Source: Eledone cirrhosa
Lineage: Eukaryota
DNA: 64,000 bases
Assembly: GCA_964016885.1 (NCBI GenBank)
Contig: OZ024741.1
Location: 244,156,001 to 244,220,000, forward strand
Direction: 5' to 3'
Each line of letters starts with the position of its first letter. Position 1 is the first letter of the stretch. Shown here piece after piece: positions 53,901 to 64,000 of this stretch. A model generated the notes under the pieces. It saw nothing but the letters and a program-made list of their open reading frames with translations. It did not search any database and was not told where the DNA came from. A program made the translations under genes and the position numbers.

Positions 53901-56149
53901 CTCAGCAATTGTGTGTCTGCACATGTACCAGTAATTACAGATCGATCCGCCCACGGGCGGCCGGCCCACGATCGAAAATGTAACTCCGCCGGCAAATTCG
54001 CATTTTTGTCATTCGTTTCTTCGAAGCACACCATTCGCTGGTGGACATCAGCTTCCTTATTTAGCATGGGCAGCTTTTCTTGAAAATCAAACCACACACA
54101 GCAAATGTGTGTCTGCACATGTACCAGTAATTACAGATCGATCCAACCACGGGCGGCCGGCCCACGATCGAGAAAAAGGTAACTCCGCCGGCAAATAGTC
54201 ATTTTTGTGATTCGTTTTCTTCGAAGCACACCATTAGCCGCCGGACTTCAGCTTCCTCATTTAGCATGGGCAGCTTTTCTTGAAAATCACACCACACACA
54301 GAAAATGTGTGTCTGCACAGGTACCAGTAATTACAGATCGATCCGACCACGGGCGGCCGGCCCACGATCGAAAAGGTAACTCGGCCGGCAAATCCGCATT
54401 TTTGTGATTCGTTTCTTCGAAGCACACCATTCGCCGCCGGACTTCAGCTTCCTCATTTAGCATGGGCAGCTTTTCTTGAAAATCACACCACACACAGGAA
54501 ATGTGTGTCTGCACAGGTACCAGTAATTACAGATCGATCCGACCACGGGCGGCCGGGCCACGATCGAAAAGGTAACTCCGCCGGCAAATCCGCATTTTTG
54601 TGATTCGTTTCTTCGAAGCACACCATTCGCCGCCGGACTTCAGCTTCCCCATTTAGCATGGGCAGCTTTTCTTGAAAATCACACCACACACAGCAAATCT
54701 GTGTCTGCACATTTACCAGTAATTACAGATCGATCCGACCACGGGCGGCCGGCCCACGATCGAAAAGGTAACTCCGCCGGCAAATTCGCATTTTTGTGAT
54801 TCGTTTCTTCGAAGCACACCATTCGCTGGTGGACTTCAGCTTCCTCATTTAACATGGGCAGCTTTTCTTGAAAATCACACCACACTCAGCAAATGTGTGT
54901 CTGCATAGGTACCAGTACGTACAGATCGATCCGACCACGGGCGGCTGGCCCACATTCGAAAAGGTTACTCCGCCTGCAAATCGTCATTTTCGGATTCGTT
55001 TTCTTCGAAGCACACCATTCGCCGGCGGACTTCAGCTGCCTCATTTAACATGGGCAGTTTTTCTTGAAGATCACACCACACACCGCCAATGAGTGTCTGC
55101 ACATGTACCAGTAATTACAGATCGATCCGACCCCGGGCGGCCGGCCCACGATCGAAAAGATAACTCCGCCGGCAAATCCGCATTTTTGTGATTCGTTTCT
55201 TCGAAGCACACCATTCGCCGCCGGACTTCAGCTTCCTCATTTAGCATGGGCGGTTTTTCTTGAAAATCACACCACACACAGCAAATGTGTGTCTGCACAT
55301 GTGCCAGTAGGTACAGATCGATCCGACCACGGGCGGCCGGCCCACATTCGAAAAGGTTACTCCGCCTGCAAATCGTCATTTTCGGATTCGTTTTCTTCGA
55401 AGCACACCATTCGCCGGCGGACTTCAGCTGCCTCATTTAACATGGGCAGTTTTTCTTGAAGATCACACCACACACCGCCAATGATTGGTTGCACATGTAC
55501 CAGTAATTACAGATCGATCCGACCACGGGCGGCCGGCCCACGATCGAAAAGGTAACTCCGCCGGCAAATACGCATTTTTGTGATTCGTTTCTTCGAAGCA
55601 CACCATTCGCCGCCGGACTTCAGCTTCCTCATTTAGCATGGGCGGTTTTTCTTGAAAATCACACCACACACAGCAAATGTGTGTCTGCACAGGTACCAGT
55701 ACGTACAGATCGATCCGACCACGGGCGGCCGGCCCACATTCGAAAAGGTTACTCCGCCTGCAAATCGTCATTTTCGGATTCGTTTTCTTCGAAGCACACC
55801 ATTTGCCGGCGGACTTCAGCTGCCTCATTTAACATGGGCAGTTTTTCTTGAAGATCACACCACACACCGCCAATGAGTGTCTGCACATGTACCAGTAATT
55901 ACAGATCGATCCGACCCCGGGCGGCCGGCCCACGATCGAAAAGGTAACTCCGCCGGCAAATCCGCATTTTTGTGATTCGTTTCTTCGAAGCACACCATTC
56001 GCCGCCGGACTTCAGCTTCCTCATTTAGCATGGGCAGCTTTTCTTGAAAATCACACCACACACAGCCAATGAGTGTCTGCACATCTACCAGTAATTACAG
56101 ATCGATCCGACCACGGGCGGCCGGCCCACAATCAAAAAGGTAACTCCGC

Positions 56150-59100
56150 CGGCAAATTCGCATTTTTGTGATTCGTTTCTTCGAAGCACACCATTCGTTG
56201 GTGGACTTCAGCTTCCTCATTTAGCATGGGCAGCTTTTCTTGAAAATCACAGCACACTCAGCAAATGTGTGTCTGCACATGTACCAGTAATTACAGATCG
56301 ATCCGCCCACGGGCGGCCGGCCCACGATCGAAAATGTAACTCCGCCGGCAAATTCGCATTTTTGTGATTCGTTTCTTCGAAGCACACCATTCGCTGGTGG
56401 ACATCAGCTTCCTTATTTAGCATGGGCAGCTTTTCTTGAAAATCAAACCACACACAGCAAATGTGTGTCTGCATATGTACCAGTAATTACAGATCGATCC
56501 GACCACGGGCGGCCGGCCCACGATCGAAAAGGTAACTCCGCCGGCAAATCCGCATTTTTGTGATTCGTTTCTTCGAAGCACACCATTCGCCGCCGGACTT
56601 CAGCTTCCTCATTTAGCATGGGCGGTTTTTCTTGAAAATCACACCACACACAGCAAATCTGTGTCTGCACATGTACCAGTACGTACAGATCGATCCGACC
56701 ACGGGAGGCCGGCCCACATTCGAAAAGGTTACTCCGCCTGCAAATCGTCATTTTCGGATTCGTTTTCTTCGAAGCACACCATTCGCCGGCGGACTTCAGC
56801 TGCCTCATTTAACATGGGCAGTTTTTCTTGAAGATCACACCACACACCGCCAATGAGTGTTTGCACATGTACCAGTAATTACAGATCGATCCGACCACGG
56901 GCGGCCGGCCCACGATCGAGAAAAAGGTAACTCCGCCGGCAAATAGTCATTTTTGTGATTCGTTTTCTTCGAAGCACACCATTCGCCGCCGGACTTCAGC
57001 TTCCTCATTTAGCATGGGCAGCTTTTCTTGAAAATCACACCACACACAGAAAATGTCTGTCTGCACAGGTACTAGTAATTACAGATCGATCCGAAGACGG
57101 GCGGCCGGCCCACGATCGAAAAGGTAACTCCGCCGGCAAATCCGCATTTTTGTGATTCGTTTCTTCGAAGCACACCATTCGCCGCCGGACTTCAGCTTCC
57201 TCATTTAGCATGGGCAGCTTTTCTTGAAAATCACACCACACACAGCAAATCGGTGTCTGCACATTTACCAGTAATTACAGATCGATCCGACCACGGGCGG
57301 CCGGCCCACGATCGAAAAGGTAACTCCGCCGGCAAATCCGCATTTTTGTGATTCGTTTCTTCGAAGCACACCATTCGCCGCCGGACTTCAGCTTCCTCAT
57401 TTAGCATGGGCAGCTTTTCTTGAAAATCACACCACACACAGCAAATCTGTGTCTGCACATTTACCAGTAATTATAGATCGATCCGACCACGGGCGGCCGG
57501 CCCACGATCGAAAAGGTAACTCCGCCGGCAAATCCGCATTTTTGTGATTCGTTTCTTCGAAGCACACCATTCGCTGGTGGACTTCAGCTTCCTCATTTAA
57601 CATGGGCAGCTTTTCTTGAAAATCACACCACACTCAGCAATTGTGTGTCTGCACATGTACCAGTAATTACAGATCGATCCGCCCACGGGCGGCCGGCCCA
57701 CGATCGAAAATGTAACTCCGCCGGCAAATTCGCATTTTTGTCATTCGTTTCTTCGAAGCACACCATTCGCTGGTGGACATCAGCTTCCTTATTTAGCATG
57801 GGCAGCTTTTCTTGAAAATCAAACCACACACAGCAAATGTGTGTCTGCACATGTACCAGTAATTACAGATCGATCCAACCACGGGCGGCCGGCCCACGAT
57901 CGAGAAAAAGGTAACTCCGCCGGCAAATAGTCATTTTTGTGATTCGTTTTCTTCGAAGCACACCATTAGCCGCCGGACTTCAGCTTCCTCATTTAGCATG
58001 GGCAGTTTTTCTTGAAAATCACACCACACACAGAAAATGTGTGTCTGCACAGGTACCAGTAATTACAGATCGATCCGACCACGGGCGGCCGGCCCACGAT
58101 CGAAAAGGTAACTCGGCCGGCAAATCCGCATTTTTGTGATTCGTTTCTTCGAAGCACACCATTCGCCGCCGGACTTCAGCTTCCTCATTTAGCATGGGCA
58201 GCTTTTCTTGAAAATCACACCACACACAGCAAATCTGTGTCTGCACATTTACCAGTAATTACAGATCGATCCGACCACGGGCGGCCGGCCCACGATCGAA
58301 AAGGTAACTCCGCCGGCAAATCCGCATTTTTGTGATTCGTTTCTTCGAAGCACACCATTCGCCGCCGGACTTCAGCTTCCTCATTTAGCATGGGCAGCTT
58401 TTCTTGAAAATCACACCACACACAGGAAATGTGTGTCTGCACAGGTACCAGTAATTACAGATCGATCCGACCACGGGCGGCCGGGCCACGATCGAAAAGG
58501 TAACTCCGCCGGCAAATCCGCATTTTTGTGATTCGTTTCTTCGAAGCACACCATTCGCCGCCGGACTTCAGCTTCCCCATTTAGCATGGGCAGCTTTTCT
58601 TGAAAATCACACCACACACAGCAAATCTGTGTCTGCACATTTACCAGTAATTACAGATCGATCCGACCACGGGCGGCCGGCCCACGATCGAAAAGGTAAC
58701 TCCGCCGGCAAATTCGCATTTTTGTGATTCGTTTCTTCGAAGCACACCATTCGCTGGTGGACTTCAGCTTCCTCATTTAACATGGGCAGCTTTTCTTGAA
58801 AATCACACCACACTCAGCAAATGTGTGTCTGCATAGGTACCAGTACGTACAGATCGATCCGACCACGGGCGGCTGGCCCACATTCGAAAAGGTTACTCCG
58901 CCTGCAAATCGTCATTTTCGGATTCGTTTTCTTCGAAGCACACCATTCGCCGGCGGACTTCAGCTGCCACATTTAACATGGGCAGTTTTTCTTGAAGATC
59001 ACACCACACACCGCCAATGAGTGTCTGCACATGTACCAGTAATTACAGATCGATCCGACCCCGGGCGGCCGGCCCACGATCGAAAAGATAACTCCGCCGG

Positions 59101-62100
59101 CAAATCCGCATTTTTGTGATTCGTTTCTTCGAAGCACACCATTCGCCGCCGGACTTCAGCTTCCTCATTTAGCATGGGCGGTTTTTCTTGAAAATCACAC
59201 CACACACAGCAAATGTGTGTCTGCACATGTGCCAGTAGGTACAGATCGATCCGACCACGGGCGGCCGGCCCACATTCGAAAAGGTTACTCCGCCTGCAAA
59301 TCGTCATTTTCGGATTCGTTTTCTTCGAAGCACACCATTCGCCGGCGGACTTCAGCTGCCTCATTTAACATGGGCAGTTTTTCTTGAAGATCACACCACA
59401 CACCGCCAATGATTGGTTGCACATGTACCAGTAATTACAGATCGATCCGACCAGGGGCGGCCGGCCCACGATCGAGAAAAAGGTAACTCCGCCGGCAAAT
59501 AGTCATTTTTGTGATTCGTTTTCTTCGAAGCACACCATTCGCCGCCGGACTTCAGCTTCCTCATTTAGCATGGGCAGCTTTTCTTGAAAATCACACCACA
59601 CACAGAAAATGTCTGTCTGCACAGGTACTAGTAATTACAGATCGATCCGAAGACGGGCGGCCGGCCCACGATCGAAAAGGTAACTCCGCCGGCAAATCCG
59701 CATTTTTGTGATTCGTTTCTTCGAAGCACACCATTCGCCGCCGGACTTCAGCTTCCTCATTTAGCATGGGCAGCTTTTCTTGAAAATCACACCACACACA
59801 GCAAATCGGTGTCTGCACATTTACCAGTAATTACAGATCGATCCGACCACGGGCGGCCGGCCCACGATCGAAAAGGTAACTCCGCCGGCAAATCCGCATT
59901 TTTGTGATTCGTTTCTTCGAAGCACACCATTCGCCGCCGGACTTCAGCTTCCTCATTTAGCATGGGCAGCTTTTCTTAAAAATCACACCACATTCAGCAA
60001 ATGTGTGTCTGCACATGTACCAGTACGTACAGATCGATCCGACCACGGGCGGCCGGCCCACGATCGAAAAGGTAACTCCGCCGGCAAATCCGCATTTTTG
60101 TGATTCGTTTCTTCGAAGCACACCATTCGCCGCCGGACTTCAGCTTCCTCATTTAGCATGGGCAGCTTTTCTTGAAAATCACACCACACACAGCAAATCT
60201 GTGTCTGCACATTTACCAGTAATTACAGATCGATCCGACCACGGGCGGCCGGCCCACGATCGAAAAGGTAACTCCGCCGGCAAATCCGCATTTTTGTGAT
60301 TCGTTTCTTCGAAGCACACCATTCGCTGGTGGACTTCAGCTTCCTCATTTAACATGGGCAGCTTTTCTTGAAAATCACACCACACTCAGCAATTGTGTGT
60401 CTGCACATGTACCAGTAATTACAGATCGATCCGCCCACGGGCGGCCGGCCCACGATCGAAAATGTAACTCCGCCGGCAAATTCGCATTTTTGTCATTCGT
60501 TTCTTCGAAGCACACCATTCGCTGGTGGACATCAGCTTCCTTATTTAGCATGGGCAGCTTTTCTTGAAAATCAAACCACACACAGCAAATGTGTGTCTGC
60601 ACATGTACCAGTAATTACAGATCGATCCAACCACGGGCGGCCGGCCCACGATCGAGAAAAAGGTAACTCCGCCGGCAAATAGTCATTTTTGTGATTTTGT
60701 TTTCTTCGAAGCACACCATTAGCCGCCGGACTTCAGCTTCCTCATTTAGCATGGGCAGCTTTTCTTGAAAATCACACCACACACAGAAAATGTGTGTCTG
60801 CACAGGTACCAGTAATTACAGATCGATCCGACCACGGGCGGCCGGCCCACGATCGAAAAGGTAACTCGGCCGGCAAATCCGCATTTTTGTGATTCGTTTC
60901 TTCGAAGCACACCATTCGCCGCCGGACTTCAGCTTCCTCATTTAGCATGGGCAGCTTTTCTTGAAAATCACACCACACACAGCAAATCTGTGTCTGCACA
61001 TTTACCAGTAATTACAGATCGATCCGACCACGGGCGGCCGGCCCACGATCGAAAAGGTAACTCCGCCGGCAAATCCGCATTTTTGTGATTCGTTTCTTCG
61101 AAGCACACCATTCGCCGCCGGACTTCAGCTTCCTCATTTAGCATGGGCAGCTTTTCTTGAAAATCACACCACACACAGGAAATGTGTGTCTGCACAGGTA
61201 CCAGTAATTACAGATCGATCCGACCACGGGCGGCCGGGCCACGATCGAAAAGGTAACTCCGCCGGCAAATTCGCATTTTTGTGATTCGTTTCTTCGAAGC
61301 ACACCATTCGTTGGTGGACTTCAGCTTCCTCATTTAGCATGGGCAGCTTTTCTTGAAAATCACAGCACACTCAGCAAATGTGTGTCTGCACATGTACCAG
61401 TAATTACAGATCGATCCGCCCACGGGCGGCCGGCCCACGATCGAAAATGTAACTCCGCCGGCAAATTCGCATTTTTGTGATTCGTTTCTTCGAAGCACAC
61501 CATTCGCTGGTGGACATCAGCTTCCTTATTTAGCATGGGCAGCTTTTCTTGAAAATCAAACCACACACAGCAAATGTGGGTCTGCATATGTACCAGTAAT
61601 TACAGATCGATCCGACCACGGGCGGCCGGCCCACGATCGAAAAGGTAACTCCGCCGGCAAATCCGCATTTTTGTGATTCGTTTCTTCGAAGCACACCATT
61701 CGCCGCCGGACTTCAGCTTCCTCATTTAGCATGGGCGGTTTTTCTTGAAAATCACACCACACACAGCAAATCTGTGTCTGCACATGTACCAGTACGTACA
61801 GATCGATCCGACCACGGGAGGCCGGCCCACATTCGAAAAGGTTACTCCGCCTGCAAATCGTCATTTTCGGATTCGTTTTCTTCGAAGCACACCATTCGCC
61901 GGCGGACTTCAGCTGCCTCATTTAACATGGGCAGTTTTTCTTGAAGATCACACCACACACCGCCAATGAGTGTTTGCACATGTACCAGTAATTACAGATC
62001 GATCCGACCACGGGCGGCCGGCCCACGATCGAGAAAAAGGTAACTCCGCCGGCAAATAGTCATTTTTGTGATTCGTTTTCTTCGAAGCACACCATTCGCC

Positions 62101-64000
62101 GCCGGACTTCAGCTTCCTCATTTAGCATGGGCAGCTTTTCTTGAAAATCACACCACACACAGAAAATGTCTGTCTGCACAGGTACTAGTAATTACAGATC
62201 GATCCGAAGACGGGCGGCCGGCCCACGATCGAAAAGGTAACTCCGCCGGCAAATCCGCATTTTTGTGATTCGTTTCTTCGAAGCACACCATTCGCCGCCG
62301 GACTTCAGCTTCCTCATTTAGCATGGGCAGCTTTTCTTGAAAATCACACCACACACAGCAAATCGGTGTCTGCACATTTACCAGTAATTACAGATCGATC
62401 CGACCACGGGCGGCCGGCCCACGATCGAAAAGGTAACTCCGCCGGCAAATCCGCATTTTTGTGATTCGTTTCTTCGAAGCACACCATTCGCCGCCGGACT
62501 TCAGCTTCCTCATTTAGCATGGGCAGCTTTTCTTGAAAATCACACCACACACAGCAAATCTGTGTCTGCACATTTACCAGTAATTACAGATCGATCCGAC
62601 CACGGGCGGCCGGCCCACGATCGAAAAGGTAACTCCGCCGGCAAATCCGCATTTTTGTGATTCGTTTCTTCGAAGCACACCATTCGCTGGTGGACTTCAG
62701 CTTCCTCATTTAACATGGGCAGCTTTTCTTGAAAATCACACCACACTCAGCAATTGTGTGTCTGCACATGTACCAGTAATTACAGATCGATCCGCCCACG
62801 GGCGGCCGGCCCACGATCGAAAATGTAACTCCGCCGGCAAATTCGCATTTTTGTCATTCGTTTCTTCGAAGCACACCATTCGCTGGTGGACATCAGCTTC
62901 CTTATTTAGCATGGGCAGCTTTTCTTGAAAATCAAACCACACACAGCAAATGTGTGTCTGCACATGTACCAGTAATTACAGATCGATCCAACCACGGGCG
63001 GCCGGCCCACGATCGAGAAAAAGGTAACTCCGCCGGCAAATAGTCATTTTTGTGATTCGTTTTCTTCGAAGCACACCATTAGCCGCCGGACTTCAGCTTC
63101 CTCATTTAGCATGGGCAGTTTTTCTTGAAAATCACACCACACACAGAAAATGTGTGTCTGCACAGGTACCAGTAATTACAGATCGATCCGACCACGGGCG
63201 GCCGGCCCACGATCGAAAAGGTAACTCGGCCGGCAAATCCGCATTTTTGTGATTCGTTTCTTCGAAGCACACCATTCGCCGCCGGACTTCAGCTTCCTCA
63301 TTTAGCATGGGCAGCTTTTCTTGAAAATCACACCACACACAGCAAATCTGTGTCTGCACATTTACCAGTAATTACAGATCGATCCGACCACGGGCGGCCG
63401 GCCCACGATCGAAAAGGTAACTCCGCCGGCAAATCCGCATTTTTGTGATTCGTTTCTTCGAAGCACACCATTCGCCGCCGGACTTCAGCTTCCTCATTTA
63501 GCATGGGCAGCTTTTCTTGAAAATCACACCACACACAGGAAATGTGTGTCTGCACAGGTACCAGTAATTACAGATCGATCCGACCACGGGCGGCCGGGCC
63601 ACGATCGAAAAGGTAACTCCGCCGGCAAATCCGCATTTTTGTGATTCGTTTCTTCGAAGCACACCATTCGCCGCCGGACTTCAGCTTCCCCATTTAGCAT
63701 GGGCAGCTTTTCTTGAAAATCACACCACACACAGCAAATCTGTGTCTGCACATTTACCAGTAATTACAGATCGATCCGACCACGGGCGGCCGGCCCACGA
63801 TCGAAAAGGTAACTCCGCCGGCAAATTCGCATTTTTGTGATTCGTTTCTTCGAAGCACACCATTCGCTGGTGGACTTCAGCTTCCTCATTTAACATGGGC
63901 AGCTTTTCTTGAAAATCACACCACACTCAGCAAATGTGTGTCTGCATAGGTACCAGTACGTACAGATCGATCCGACCACGGGCGGCTGGCCCACATTCGA
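56150..64000 (+). repeat. Block repeated at a 26-monomer (5113-bp) offset, running off the window end
   Basis: 56247/61360, 56443/61556, 57035/62148, 58019/63132 and 58607/63720. Shared private T at 58006/63119. Confidence 0.85.

Larger units (their letters stand above)
1..64000. repeat. Tandem satellite DNA array, 196-bp monomer (with 200/197/201-bp length variants), about 325 monomers, all in the same orientation; extends beyond both window edges
   Basis: Seen directly: the motifs AAAATCACACCAC, GATCGATCCG, GGCGGCCGGCCCAC and CTTCGAAGCACACCATT recur every 196 or 200 bp throughout. ORF-track stops recur at 196/392/396-bp spacing. Monomer-length accounting closes exactly (325 x 196 + 204 = 63904). 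Confidence 0.99.

Noticed and set aside
12-63926. Hundreds of 61-121 aa ORFs (MQTQICCVWCDFQEK..., MIRFLRSTP..., MRQLKSAGEW...)
   Set aside because: They are translations of the repeat. 196 and 200 are not multiples of 3, so frames shift every unit. They occur on both strands, overlap, appear or vanish with single SNPs, and resemble no protein family I recognise.
1-64000. CRISPR array or other repeat-spacer system
   Set aside because: There are no unique spacers. The entire unit is repeated, variable sites are scattered SNP haplotypes, and no cas genes are present.
1-64000. Whole array as an assembly or synthetic artefact
   Set aside because: Hierarchically shared private SNPs, chimeric junction monomers and singletons are what natural satellite evolution produces. 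Individual near-identical duplications still need read support.

Overview
The whole 64-kb window is one uninterrupted head-to-tail tandem satellite array. I see no genes, RNA genes, transposons, inversions or unique sequence. With monomer starts at TCACACCAC (first at 12), positions 12-63915 hold 325 complete monomers by my manual count: 272 x 196 bp, 49 x 200 bp, 3 x 197 bp and 1 x 201 bp, which sums exactly to 63904 bp. Consensus (196 bp): TCACACCACACACAGCAAATGTGTGTCTGCACATGTACCAGTAATTACAGATCGATCCGACCACGGGCGGCCGGCCCACGATCGAAAAGGTAACTCCGCCGGCAAATCCGCATTTTTGTGATTCGTTTCTTCGAAGCACACCATTCGCCGCCGGACTTCAGCTTCCTCATTTAGCATGGGCAGCTTTTCTTGAAAA. Monomers fall into discrete subtypes arranged as irregular, nested higher-order duplications (3- to 28-mers) in alternating haplotype domains. 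The monomer is roughly nucleosome-repeat length, CpG-rich and packed with short dyad symmetries. All ORFs in the track are translations of the repeat. The best interpretation (inference) is a eukaryotic centromeric or heterochromatic satellite. I do not recognise the family or host, and I found no evidence for a novel protein-coding or RNA system.
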